In this document: piece after piece, positions 38,683-48,986 of the stretch | Layout: the number at the start of each line of letters is the position of its first letter | How positions within the stretch are numbered: position 1 is the first letter of the stretch | NCBI GenBank assembly: GCA_048617235.1 | Contig: JBMCHT010000001.1 | Coordinates: 118,043-182,042, forward strand | Direction of reading: 5' to 3' | DNA: 64,000 bases | DNA from: Patescibacteria group bacterium | Lineage (GTDB): Bacteria; Patescibacteriota; Minisyncoccia; Phycocordibacterales; XYD1-FULL-46-19 | Translations under genes and position numbers: made by a program | The notes under the pieces: generated by a model | What the model saw: only the letters and a program-made list of their open reading frames with translations | What the model was told of the DNA's origin: nothing | The model's database searches: none

Positions 38683-39303
38683 ATGAGTAAAACCAGTCCC
38701 ACTAGGATCAATCTTCTCAACCAAAAAAAGGACTTAAAAACAGCCCAAAAGGGTTATAAATTACTCAAAGATAAAAGAGATGGTTTGATGAAAAAATTTA
38801 TGGAAGTGATTAAACAAACCAAAAATCAGCGTCGGATAGTTGAAAAAGAACTCTCTTTTGTCTTCCATAATTATCTACAAGCTTCTTCTATTTTGGATCA
38901 TCGTTTCATAGTAACCGCCTTGGCCGGTACCGGAGCCAAAATTAAATTAAAAGCCGATTACCATAATTTAATGTCCGTCCCTATTCCGGAGATAAACTCT
39001 TCTTTGGAAGGTAATCCTTTAAATTACAGTTATCTGGAAACTAACGGAGATTTAGACACAGCAATCAATCGTTTAGCCGAAATCTTACCCTCTTTAATGA
39101 AACTAGCCGAGATGGAAACCACTATTGAAAATTTGAGTTTGGAGATAGAAAAAACCAGACGTCGCACCAGTGCCTTAGAACACAAAATGATACCGACATT
39201 AGAAAAAAATATTCGTTTTATCAGTGATCGTCTAGAAGAACAAGGTCGAGAAACCATTGTCAGAACCATGAGAATTAAAGCCATGGTTACCGCTAATGAA
39301 TAA
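38683..39303 (+). CDS. ntpD: V/A-type ATPase subunit D
   Basis: PTRINL, LLKDKRD and EIEKTRRR motifs. Confidence 0.93.
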   Translation: MSKTSPTRINLLNQKKDLKTAQKGYKLLKDKRDGLMKKFMEVIKQTKNQRRIVEKELSFVFHNYLQASSILDHRFIVTALAGTGAKIKLKADYHNLMSVPIPEINSSLEGNPLNYSYLETNGDLDTAINRLAEILPSLMKLAEMETTIENLSLEIEKTRRRTSALEHKMIPTLEKNIRFISDRLEEQGRETIVRTMRIKAMVTANE

Positions 39304-39311
39304 TTTTAAAT

Positions 39312-39620
39312 ATGACTTTACTTAAAAATATAACCGAAGCCGAGAACCAAGCCCAAATCAAGTTGGACAAAGCCAAAACAGAAGGCGAAGCAATAATTAC
39401 TGCAGCTAATAAATCAAAACAAAATATTTTAAATCAAGCTGAAACTGAAGCTCAAACCGAAGCTAAAAAAATAAAAGAACAAGCCAAAAACAAAGCCTTG
39501 GAAACCACTAAAGAAATAACTAATAAAAATAACCAAGCTTTAGAAAAATTGCAAACTTTGGTGACTAAAAATAAACCGGTTGTTTTAGATAAAATATTAA
39601 AACAGATTACCGAATTTTAA
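39312..39620 (+). CDS. V/A-type ATPase peripheral stalk subunit G/H
   Basis: Ala/Glu/Lys-rich coiled coil immediately before subunit I. Confidence 0.75.
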   Translation: MTLLKNITEAENQAQIKLDKAKTEGEAIITAANKSKQNILNQAETEAQTEAKKIKEQAKNKALETTKEITNKNNQALEKLQTLVTKNKPVVLDKILKQITEF

Positions 39621-39629
39621 TTTATTAAT

Positions 39630-41585
39630 ATGGCTATTATTCCAATGCAAAAAGTAAGATTATTGGTTCACAAACAAACTGAACCTGAAATTTTAGCTTA
39701 TTTGCAACACAAACAAATAATGGAAATCTCTGCTAAAACGGAAACGGTGAATCAAGTTTGGATTTATAAAAATAAAGAAACTTTTACCAATGAAGCTTTA
39801 GCGGCTGATTTGGATTTCGTGGTTAATTTTCTGGAAGACTATAATCCCAAATCCAATATTAAAAAAGCCCTGGAAGGTAAAACGGTAATAGTTAAAGAAG
39901 AGTTGATTATCGATACAGTCAATAATTTCAATCCCCAACAAGTGATAACTAAAGCCATAGAATTAGAAAAAAAACTAAACAAAGCCGAACAAGAATTATC
40001 AGATAATAAAAATACTCTTCATTTATTATTCAATTGGATTGCTTGGCCTTATCCTTTAGATTGGCCTTTAGAAACCACTCACACCGCCACTTTATTATTA
40101 TCCGGTTCCACCGTTAATTTAAAAGATTTCTCCCAAAAACTAACAGAACTAAAAACCCCTCAACCGGAAGTGGAAAATATAAGCGAAACTGCTTTGGCGG
40201 TTACTGTTTGGCGATCAGAATTAAAAAGCGTTACCGAAATGGCTAGTCGTCACGATCTAACTCCCATCACTTTACCAACTGTTAAAACTACCGGGCAAAC
40301 AATAACGGAAAAAATAACGGAAATGGAAACCGATCAAGAAAAACTTTATCAGGAAATAGCAAGCATAAAGAATCAATTGAGAGATTTAACTGAACAAAAT
40401 CTGGATAAATTAAAAATATTAAGTGATTATTGGTATTGGGAAAAGAACAAACATGAAGTCAGTCAATCTCTACCGGGTACAAACAAAGTCTCAATCATTA
40501 ACGGTTGGATACCCCAAGCGGAAATTGATAACTTACAAATGGAAGTTAAAAAAATAACTCCCTATGCCATTATAGAAAAAACAGAACCCCAACCGGAAGA
40601 AATACCCCCAACTAAGATTCATAATAATGCTTTAGTGGCTCCTTTTGAAACCGTTACCCGTTTATACGGCTTACCGGGAACTAAAAATATAGATCCGACT
40701 CTTTTCTTGTCCGGCTTCTTCTTTATATTTTTTGGTCTCTGTTTAACCGATGTCGGCTATGGTTTAATCTTACTGCTGTTAACCGGCCTGATTCTAACTT
40801 GTTATAAACTACCCAAAGACATCAAGCCAATGATTAATCTTATTTGGTTGGGTGGTTTATCTTCTGTAATTATTGGTTTGTTTTTTGGCGGTTATCTCGG
40901 CATAGATCCGCAATTTTTACCAGCTTGGGCCAGAGCTTTACAAAAATTTGACCCCATTGGTGAACCAATGACGGTATTTTTCTTATCTTTAATGATGGGA
41001 GTATTGCAAATAATTTTTGGCCTAATCTTGGATATTTACCGTCAAGCCAAACTGGGTTATTTAAAGGACGGTCTTTTAGATCAAATTCCTTGGTTATCTT
41101 TATTTACCGGTTTGGGGTTGTGGGCCGGCGGTCAATTTGGAAACTGGTCTTTAGCTGAAATTATAGCTCCATGGTGGATAATAATCTCGATTATTGCTTT
41201 GGTATTAACTCAAGGACGAAAAGAAGATAATCTGATAAAAAAACTATTTATGGGCGTACTTAGCCTTTATAATTCTGTCGGTTTTTTATCCGATGTTTTA
41301 TCTTACTCTCGCCTCTTGGCTTTGGGTTTGGCTACCAGCGCTATGGCTTTTTCGGTTAACATGATTGCTTTAATGGTTAAAGATATGATTCCGATTGTCG
41401 GCTGGATTTTAATGATAGCTATTTTAATAGTTGGTCATTTATTTAATCTTACGGTCAATTTACTGGGAGCTTTTGTTCATTCCGCTCGTTTGCAATTCGT
41501 TGAATTTTTTGGTAAATTCATAACCGATACTGGACGCAATTTTGAAGCTTTTGGCCGTCAAGAAAGACATGTTACTTTTGATTAA
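39630..41585 (+). CDS. ntpI: V/A-type ATPase subunit I (a)
   Basis: MAIIPMQK, DVGYG, SYSRLLALGLA and HSARLQFVEFF motifs. Confidence 0.95.
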   Translation: MAIIPMQKVRLLVHKQTEPEILAYLQHKQIMEISAKTETVNQVWIYKNKETFTNEALAADLDFVVNFLEDYNPKSNIKKALEGKTVIVKEELIIDTVNNFNPQQVITKAIELEKKLNKAEQELSDNKNTLHLLFNWIAWPYPLDWPLETTHTATLLLSGSTVNLKDFSQKLTELKTPQPEVENISETALAVTVWRSELKSVTEMASRHDLTPITLPTVKTTGQTITEKITEMETDQEKLYQEIASIKNQLRDLTEQNLDKLKILSDYWYWEKNKHEVSQSLPGTNKVSIINGWIPQAEIDNLQMEVKKITPYAIIEKTEPQPEEIPPTKIHNNALVAPFETVTRLYGLPGTKNIDPTLFLSGFFFIFFGLCLTDVGYGLILLLLTGLILTCYKLPKDIKPMINLIWLGGLSSVIIGLFFGGYLGIDPQFLPAWARALQKFDPIGEPMTVFFLSLMMGVLQIIFGLILDIYRQAKLGYLKDGLLDQIPWLSLFTGLGLWAGGQFGNWSLAEIIAPWWIIISIIALVLTQGRKEDNLIKKLFMGVLSLYNSVGFLSDVLSYSRLLALGLATSAMAFSVNMIALMVKDMIPIVGWILMIAILIVGHLFNLTVNLLGAFVHSARLQFVEFFGKFITDTGRNFEAFGRQERHVTFD

Positions 41586-41620
41586 AATTAAAAGAATTAA
41601 TAAATTAATAAAATATAAAT

Positions 41621-42094
41621 ATGGAATTATTACTTGCCCCTATATTGGTTTTCACCGGTGCCGCTATCGCTTCAACTTTATCATTTATTGGATCAGCCTT
41701 GGGAATGAATTATGCCGGCCAAGCCGCTTCCGGAGCTACTTCGGAAAAACCGGAATTGTTTGGGAAAATGCTCTTAATGCAAGCCTTGCCCGGTTCTCAG
41801 GGTATTTACGGATTAGTGGGTGCTTTCTTAATTTTAAGCTTTGCCGGTTTCTTGGGTGGCGACGCTTCCTCTTTAACCGTCACTGAAGGTGCTCTATATG
41901 CCATTGTTGGCTTGCCTATCGGTTTTTCCGGTCTGCTCTCAGGTATGCTTCAAGGTCGAGTAGCAGCTACCGGTGTTTTAATGATTGCCAAAGACGATGC
42001 TTTAGTCTCCCGAGCTATTATCTACTCAGCTATGGTGGAAACTTGGGCTATCTTCGGTTTATTGATCGGTTTCATCCTCTTAACTTCCATCTAA
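41621..42094 (+). CDS. ntpK: V/A-type ATPase subunit K (c), duplicated four-TM form
   Basis: LPGSQGIYG, SGMLQG and AMVETWA motifs. Confidence 0.95.
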   Translation: MELLLAPILVFTGAAIASTLSFIGSALGMNYAGQAASGATSEKPELFGKMLLMQALPGSQGIYGLVGAFLILSFAGFLGGDASSLTVTEGALYAIVGLPIGFSGLLSGMLQGRVAATGVLMIAKDDALVSRAIIYSAMVETWAIFGLLIGFILLTSI

Positions 42095-42106
42095 ACTTAA
42101 AATAAT

Positions 42107-42685
42107 ATGCCCGACTCCGATTTAATTAAAAAAATATTAACTGATGCTGAAAGTGAAGCTCAAGCTACACTCAGTCAAGCTCAAGCCGAGGCGGATAAAA
42201 TAACCACCGAAGCCAAAAAAGAAGCAGATAAAAAGAAAAAAGAAATCTTGAAAAAGGCCGAGATAGAAGCTGAAAAGACAACTTCTCAACTCATAGCCGT
42301 AGCCAGGCAAAAAGCCAAATTAGAGACAGAAACAGCTAAAGACTCTTATATTCAAAATATTAAAAAAGAAGCTGAAGAAATTATAATTACTTGGTCAACT
42401 GATAAATACACTGCTTGGCTGGAAACTGAACTTAAAAAAATAAAAATTGAAGCAGAAAATGATATAGTTTGTAAAACCACCCCAAAGAGAATAACCGAAA
42501 CCGAACAAGCCTTAAAAAATATCGGTTTAACTATTCCGGTTAAAGCCGATAAAAATATTTCCGCCGGAGTTGTATTAGAATCACCAAAATCAGTCTACGA
42601 CTTATCTTTAATAAAAACAATCACAGAAGTTTTAACTGAAAATAAAGCAGACCTAGCTTCTGTTTTATTTAACGATTCTCGCTAA
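42107..42685 (+). CDS. ntpE: V/A-type ATPase subunit E
   Basis: N-terminal coiled coil, AGVVL motif, position after K. Confidence 0.82.
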   Translation: MPDSDLIKKILTDAESEAQATLSQAQAEADKITTEAKKEADKKKKEILKKAEIEAEKTTSQLIAVARQKAKLETETAKDSYIQNIKKEAEEIIITWSTDKYTAWLETELKKIKIEAENDIVCKTTPKRITETEQALKNIGLTIPVKADKNISAGVVLESPKSVYDLSLIKTITEVLTENKADLASVLFNDSR

Positions 42686-42689
42686 CATT

Positions 42690-43685
42690 ATGAATCATCA
42701 GTATTTATACTCAGCCTCTTTAATTAAAACTTTAGAAAAAGATTTATTGTCAGCTGAACAATTAAACAGGTTATTGGCTTCAGAAACCGGTCAAGATATT
42801 AAAAATGCCTTAACAGACACTTTTATCGGTCACGGTTTAGCCGAAAACGAGGAACAAACTTTAACTTTGGCTCAAGTTAACGAACTTTTAGAAAAAGCGA
42901 TTCTGGAAGCCAAGAATATATTAACAAACAGTGCTCCGGAACCGGAAATACTCGGTTTAATCTGGTTAAAATATGATTTGCATAATATCAGAGCTTTTTT
43001 AACCAGTCGCGGTTTAAATTTATCTGATGAAAATACCAATAAACGCTGGATTTCTCCCTTGGGTCAATATCATCCTCCACTGTTATTAGAGGCTTGTGAA
43101 AATGCAAGTTTAAAATGGATAAGGCCCGAATGGGAAATTATTGACGACTTAATTAAAAGACCAGATCAACTCAATTACCAAATTGACGCCAATATAGATT
43201 TGGCCTATCTCTTATCCGTTGATAAAATAGCCCAAATAGCCTCACCTTTTATTAAAGAATATACATCCACCATTATAGATTTTCATAATATTATCAATTA
43301 TTTGCGCCATAATACTGACCAATCAATATCTCCTCCTCTGGCTCCCAGTGGCTCTGTTTCACCCGAACAATTACAGCAATTAACCAAAGAGGAGGCCTTA
43401 AAATTATTTTATCGCTTTGGCGGAGAATCTACTTGGAAAGAAGCCGTGGAAGAATATTTAGAAACCGAACAATTTACCGCTTTAACTAAAAATATAGACA
43501 ATTATTTGATTGATTGGTTGATTGAAAACTCTAGGAAAAATGTTTTTTCCGTTGCTACTCTCTTGTCTTATTTTAATAATAAGAAAAATGATGCTCGAAT
43601 AATCAGATCGGTTGTCTCCGGATTATTGGCTGGCTTAGATCCACAATTAATTAAAAATAATTTGAGAAAAATCAGACATGCCTAA
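42690..43685 (+). CDS. ntpC: V/A-type ATPase subunit C (d)
   Basis: KYDLHNI and IDFHNI repeats; size and position. Confidence 0.82.
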   Translation: MNHQYLYSASLIKTLEKDLLSAEQLNRLLASETGQDIKNALTDTFIGHGLAENEEQTLTLAQVNELLEKAILEAKNILTNSAPEPEILGLIWLKYDLHNIRAFLTSRGLNLSDENTNKRWISPLGQYHPPLLLEACENASLKWIRPEWEIIDDLIKRPDQLNYQIDANIDLAYLLSVDKIAQIASPFIKEYTSTIIDFHNIINYLRHNTDQSISPPLAPSGSVSPEQLQQLTKEEALKLFYRFGGESTWKEAVEEYLETEQFTALTKNIDNYLIDWLIENSRKNVFSVATLLSYFNNKKNDARIIRSVVSGLLAGLDPQLIKNNLRKIRHA

Positions 43686-44016
43686 AACAAACGATAAAAA
43701 ATTATTAATTATCGGTTCAGAAGAATTAATAACCATATTTCAAGCCATTGGAGCAGAGATCTATAACTGCCAAAAACCGGAAGAAGCTTTTACAAAAATA
43801 CTGGATTTAAAAAATGATTCCCATTCCGACTATGGCGTTATTTTGATTTCCAACGCCTTAACCGGCCAATGGCCGGATACTTATTTTGATCAATTAACCG
43901 GTACCGGCTTACCAGCGGTTATTTCTATACCAGATTTAACAGGAAAATCAGATCTGGATAAACTCCGTCGTTTAACTGAGAGAGCTATCGGTTCAGATAT
44001 TTCCGATACTCAATAA
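43678..44016 (+). CDS. V/A-type ATPase subunit F
   Basis: IIGSEE..FQAIG and LTERAIGSDI motifs. Confidence 0.85.
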   Translation: MPKTNDKKLLIIGSEELITIFQAIGAEIYNCQKPEEAFTKILDLKNDSHSDYGVILISNALTGQWPDTYFDQLTGTGLPAVISIPDLTGKSDLDKLRRLTERAIGSDISDTQ

Positions 44017-44018
44017 AA

Positions 44019-46088
44019 CTAAACATCTATATTAGCCAATTTAGCATGAGTTTGAATAAATAAACGCCTGGGTTCTACTAAGTTACCCATTAAAATATCA
44101 AAGGTTTCATCAGCCTTTACTGCATCATCTATGGTTACTTGTTTAAGCACTCTTTGTTCCGGATCCATAGTGGTTTCCCACAACTCTTCCGGATTCATCT
44201 CTCCCAAACCTTTATATCTTTGCAAATCGATTTTAGTTCCGGTTTTCTTTTTCTCTGTCTCTTCTATCTCTTCCGTCTCTTCTTGATCATCATCTTCAGT
44301 TTCAATTTTTGCAATTTCCGCTCTCATCCCTCCCAACTTTTTAACCAAATCATTTTTCTCTTTTTCGGTAAAAACATAATGAATTTCTTTACCTTTTTTG
44401 ACTTTATACAAAGGCGGTTGAGCTATATATAAATAACCACCTTCTATCACCGGTCTAAAATGACGATAAAAAAGAGTCATTAACAAAGTCCGAATATGAG
44501 CTCCGTCCACATCGGCATCAGTAGCGATTATAATTTTATGATAACGCAATTTATCCAAATCAAAAGTATCCCCAATGGCAGTCCCCAGAGCAATAATTAA
44601 TGACTTTACCTCTTTAGAGGCCAACACCTTATCTATCCGTGCTTTTTCTACATTTAAAATTTTACCCCTTAAAGGCAAGATAGCCTGAGTTCGTCGATCT
44701 CGACCCTGTTTACTGGAACCACCGGCTGAGTCCCCCTCTACTATAAATAACTCCGATTCAGATGCATCTTTAGTTTGACAATCTGCCAATTTACCGGGCA
44801 ATGTCAATCCATCCAAAGCCCCTTTTCTCAAAACCGAATCCTTGGCCGCCTTAGCCGCTTTTCTGGCTTTTAAAGCCAGAAATACCTTAGCGATTATGGC
44901 TTTGGCATCATCCGGATGTTCTTCTAAAAATAAAGACAAAGCCTCTCCAAAAACATTTTCTACTGCACTCCTGGCTTCCATTGTCCCTAATTTAGCTTTG
45001 GTTTGACCTTCAAACTGAGGATCTTGCAACTTAACCGATACTACAGATACTAAACCCTCCCTAACATCATCTCCGGTAAAATTACCATCACTCTCTTTTA
45101 ATAAATTATTTTTTCGAGCATAGTCATTAAGAGATCGAGTTAAAGCCGTTCTGAAACCCGTCAAATGAGTTCCCCCTTCCGGTGTTAAAGTATTATTGGT
45201 GAAACTAACTTCTCGGCTATCTATATCGTCTATATATTGAAAAGCCACTTCTACCTCCACTTGATTGTGACTTTTTTCCACATAAAAAATATTTTTATGA
45301 ATCGGTTTTTCTTTTTTATTATAAAACTTAACCAAAGACAATAAACCACCTTCAAAATAAAAAGAGCGAGTGGGAACTTCCAAACCCAAATCAGATACAA
45401 AGAAAACCTCCTCGGCTTTTACCGGTTCAATCGCTTGGCGGGCATCTATTATTCTTATACGCAAACCTTTAACCAAATAAGCCTGACTGCGCATATGATA
45501 GACTACCCTCTCCCAATCATACTTAGTTTCCGAAAAAACAATTTCATCCGGTTTAAAAGTAATTATGGTTCCTTGTAAATCAGATTTACCAACTTTTTTA
45601 ATCGGATTATCAGGCACTCCACATTTATAAGTTTGTACATAACATCCTCCATCTCGATGAATTTCCGCTCGCAACCAAGAAGACAAAGCATTAACCACCG
45701 AAGCTCCCACTCCATGCAATCCTCCGGAGATTTTATAACTATCGCCTGAAAACTTTCCTCCGGCATGTAAAACTGTCATTACCGTTTCCAAGGTAGACTT
45801 TTTTGTTTTAGGATGAGGTTCCACCGGGATACCGGTACCATTATCTACAATTCTAACCGCTCCTTCGGGTAATAAAGTGATCTCCACTTCATCCGCATAA
45901 CCATTCATAGCCTCATCGCGCGAGTTATCAAAAATCTCCACCAAAAGATGGTGCAAACCGTCAGGTCCGGTAGAACCGATATACATTCCCGGTCTTTTTC
46001 TAACCGGTTCCAAACCCTCTAAAACCTGAATTTGTTCGGCTCCATATTTTCTGGTTTGATTCTTGTTTTTGTTATTTTTAGCCGGCAT
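44019..46088 (-). CDS. gyrB: DNA gyrase subunit B
   Basis: VRKRPGMYIG, GGLHGVG, VEGDSAGG and RYKGLGEMN motifs. Confidence 0.97.
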   Translation of the reverse strand: MPAKNNKNKNQTRKYGAEQIQVLEGLEPVRKRPGMYIGSTGPDGLHHLLVEIFDNSRDEAMNGYADEVEITLLPEGAVRIVDNGTGIPVEPHPKTKKSTLETVMTVLHAGGKFSGDSYKISGGLHGVGASVVNALSSWLRAEIHRDGGCYVQTYKCGVPDNPIKKVGKSDLQGTIITFKPDEIVFSETKYDWERVVYHMRSQAYLVKGLRIRIIDARQAIEPVKAEEVFFVSDLGLEVPTRSFYFEGGLLSLVKFYNKKEKPIHKNIFYVEKSHNQVEVEVAFQYIDDIDSREVSFTNNTLTPEGGTHLTGFRTALTRSLNDYARKNNLLKESDGNFTGDDVREGLVSVVSVKLQDPQFEGQTKAKLGTMEARSAVENVFGEALSLFLEEHPDDAKAIIAKVFLALKARKAAKAAKDSVLRKGALDGLTLPGKLADCQTKDASESELFIVEGDSAGGSSKQGRDRRTQAILPLRGKILNVEKARIDKVLASKEVKSLIIALGTAIGDTFDLDKLRYHKIIIATDADVDGAHIRTLLMTLFYRHFRPVIEGGYLYIAQPPLYKVKKGKEIHYVFTEKEKNDLVKKLGGMRAEIAKIETEDDDQEETEEIEETEKKKTGTKIDLQRYKGLGEMNPEELWETTMDPEQRVLKQVTIDDAVKADETFDILMGNLVEPRRLFIQTHAKLANIDV

Positions 46089-46256
46089 ATAAATTGACAG
46101 ACAAAACCAAATTGGTAAATCTTTACCTTTTAAATAAGCTAAAATTCAATCAATCTAATTTATTTTTTAACTTAAACTCACCCTTTTATTATACACCAAT
46201 ATCGACAATAAACCAAGCTTTTCTATTACAAAATACGGCTTAACCATAACCTGTTT

Positions 46257-48146
46257 TTACCTAATTTCCAAACCTTGCTCTTTTAATTTATTTTCAATTC
46301 CAGACATGATTTTATTAACTTCCGAATCGGTTAAAGTTTTATCTGCAGATTGAAAAACCAACCGGTAAGCCAAGGACACTTTTCCTTCTTTTTCATAACG
46401 ATCAAATAAACTAGGACCAAAAACCAGCCAAGAACCGGCTAAATTTTTAACAATATTTTCTACTTCAGCCTCCGATTCACCGGCTGTTAACCATAAAGAT
46501 ATATCTCTAATTATAACCGGATAAACCGAAAGCGGTTTGTATTTTACCTCTTCCTTGATTAAACCAGCTTCTTTTAAAGATTGGTGGTCATCAATAACCG
46601 CTTTCGGTAAGCACCCTTCCCAAATTGTTATTTTATCCTCGGTTTTGGTTTTTTGCCATTCTATTTCTTCTGTTCCCCAAATATTTTTAAGATTGGCTAC
46701 TGCCTCAGTTAAAACAACATCTGCCTCTTTATGCCATCTAGATTTTCTATGCCCCAAACCAATAGCCAATCTAACTTCTTCTTTATCCGGAGCCAAAAAA
46801 ACCGTTCCAATCTCAAAAACCATTACCGGATCTGTATCAAAAACCAGATAATTTAAATTTCGTTTAATTAATGTTGTTAAATTATCAGCCAAATTAGTCC
46901 GTAAAAAAGATTTAGTTTTATCTGCCGGATTGGCCACCTTAACTTTCCCCTGATCGGTAAAACTACGACTATAAATTTCATTCCAACCGGCTAAAGCCAA
47001 TTGACGCCTAACCGCTTGAATAGACACCCATAAAGGATCATCCCTTCTTTTATTTTCAAATGTTGTCGGTAAAACTTTCTCTAGTTTATCATAACCATGC
47101 AATCGACCGACCTCTTCCACTAAATCCACCGGCTCTTTAATATCTCTACGCCACCAAGGGACGGTAATTTCCATATCGGGACTAACGACAAAACCTAAAT
47201 GATTTAAATACCTCTTAACGGTATTTTCATCCAACCGCAAGCCCAATTTTTGACCCAGATAGCCTACATCCACTTTAAACTTAATCTCTTCTTCCTCTTG
47301 TGGATAATAATCAAAAATCGAACCGACTTTTCGAGCTCCGGTTAAGGCCACTAAACCGGTAATAAAATAATTAAGAGCTTCTGCCGTCAAAACTGGAGAC
47401 GGATTATTCTCAAAACGTTTAATCGAGTCTGTTCTCAAACTCAATCGAGTGGCCGTTTTCCTAACCCGTACCGGTTGAAAATTAGCCGATTCCAAAATCA
47501 AATTAACCGTTTCTTCGCTGACTCCGGCTCTTATTCCTCCTTTAATTCCGGCTAAGGCCAGAGGGCCAATTTCATCAGCTATAACCAAATCTTGATTAGA
47601 TAAAATATAATTTTTATTATCCAAAGAAGTAAATTCTTCTCCTTCACCGGCTAAACGAACCTCTATTTTACCTTTAACTTTGTCTGCATCAAAAGCATGT
47701 AATGGTTGACCGGTATCCAACATTATAAAATTAGACAAATCTACCACATTATTAATCACTCCCGCTTCTAAATTTTTTAAACCGGTTGCCAACCAGGTCG
47801 GAGAAGGGTTTATCTTAATTCCTTCCACTTTAACCGCCATATAACGGCGACAATCTTTATCTATATTACCGACAACCACCGATGAATCATCTCCGGCTAA
47901 AGCTAAATAATTTCTAGTTGGAAAATCTATTTCTAAAATGGCCGCCAATTCCCGAGCCAACCCTTCATGACTCAAACAATCTCCGGCTCGGTTGGGCAAA
48001 ATATCTATTTCTAAAATATGATCATCTCCTAAATCTATAATAGCTTCCACTTCAAAAGCTTTATCGTTGATACTTTTAATCAACTTGGTAACCGGAGGTA
48101 ATTGACCGGACAATCTTTGATTTAACCAATTATAAGAATAAAGCAT
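46257..48146 (-). CDS. pheT: Phenylalanyl-tRNA synthetase beta subunit (shortened)
   Basis: PNRAGDCLS, GQPLHAFD, DLVEEVGR and an FDX-ACB tail. Confidence 0.93.
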   Translation of the reverse strand: MLYSYNWLNQRLSGQLPPVTKLIKSINDKAFEVEAIIDLGDDHILEIDILPNRAGDCLSHEGLARELAAILEIDFPTRNYLALAGDDSSVVVGNIDKDCRRYMAVKVEGIKINPSPTWLATGLKNLEAGVINNVVDLSNFIMLDTGQPLHAFDADKVKGKIEVRLAGEGEEFTSLDNKNYILSNQDLVIADEIGPLALAGIKGGIRAGVSEETVNLILESANFQPVRVRKTATRLSLRTDSIKRFENNPSPVLTAEALNYFITGLVALTGARKVGSIFDYYPQEEEEIKFKVDVGYLGQKLGLRLDENTVKRYLNHLGFVVSPDMEITVPWWRRDIKEPVDLVEEVGRLHGYDKLEKVLPTTFENKRRDDPLWVSIQAVRRQLALAGWNEIYSRSFTDQGKVKVANPADKTKSFLRTNLADNLTTLIKRNLNYLVFDTDPVMVFEIGTVFLAPDKEEVRLAIGLGHRKSRWHKEADVVLTEAVANLKNIWGTEEIEWQKTKTEDKITIWEGCLPKAVIDDHQSLKEAGLIKEEVKYKPLSVYPVIIRDISLWLTAGESEAEVENIVKNLAGSWLVFGPSLFDRYEKEGKVSLAYRLVFQSADKTLTDSEVNKIMSGIENKLKEQGLEIR

Positions 48147-48149
48147 AAA

Positions 48150-48893
48150 TTAAAACTGATTAATAAAACGCAAATCACCATTATAAAGCTCTCGGATATC
48201 ATTGATGCCGTATTTTAACATAGCCACTCGATCCACCCCTAAACCAAAAGCCAGCCCCTGCCACTTATCCGAATCTATACCACCGGAGCGCAAAACAAAC
48301 GGATGCACCAAACCGGCTCCTAAAATCTCTATCCAGCCGGTTTTTTTACACAAACCGCAACCTTTACCTTTACAAATAAAGCAACTAACATCTACCTCCA
48401 AACCGGGTTCCACAAAAGCAAAATAACTCGGTCGCAATCTAATATCAGTATCCGGACCAAATAGTTTATGACTAAATTCCATTAAAACTCCTTTTAATTG
48501 AGCTAAAGAAACTTCTTTATCTATCAATAAACCTTCAACTTGATAAAATTGAGCCTCATGAGTAGCATCGGTACTTTCATTTCTATAAACTCGTCCCGGA
48601 GCCATCACTTTCAACGGCGGTTTATTCTTCTCCATATATCTGACTTGAACCGCACTGGTATGAGTTCGCAACAGAAGTCCCAAGGAAACCGGATCCAGCC
48701 AAAAAGTATCTTGCATATCCCGAGAAGGATGATCAGCTGGAGTATTTAAAGCATCAAAATTATAAAACTCTTTCTCTATTTCCGGCCCTTGAGCCACCAC
48801 AAACCCCATTTCGGCTAAAATGTCTACCACATCGGTTACTACCTGAGTTAAAGGATGTAAACTGCCTCGATCTTGTTTTATCACAACAGACAT
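48150..48893 (-). CDS. pheS: Phenylalanyl-tRNA synthetase alpha subunit lacking the N-terminal coiled coil
   Basis: GSLHP, HPSRDMQDTF, LRTHTS and AFGLGVDR motifs. Confidence 0.95.
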   Translation of the reverse strand: MSVVIKQDRGSLHPLTQVVTDVVDILAEMGFVVAQGPEIEKEFYNFDALNTPADHPSRDMQDTFWLDPVSLGLLLRTHTSAVQVRYMEKNKPPLKVMAPGRVYRNESTDATHEAQFYQVEGLLIDKEVSLAQLKGVLMEFSHKLFGPDTDIRLRPSYFAFVEPGLEVDVSCFICKGKGCGLCKKTGWIEILGAGLVHPFVLRSGGIDSDKWQGLAFGLGVDRVAMLKYGINDIRELYNGDLRFINQF

Positions 48894-48986
48894 TTTGCTA
48901 TATTTTAAAAGTTATTATCAGATTTTCATTCTAGCAAAAAAACACAGAAAAATAAACATTATTTTCAGATTTAAAACTTTTTGATT

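Noticed and set aside
32190-46088. Inteins in DnaE, V-ATPase A or GyrB
   Set aside because: Lengths are normal and no intein splice motifs interrupt conserved blocks.
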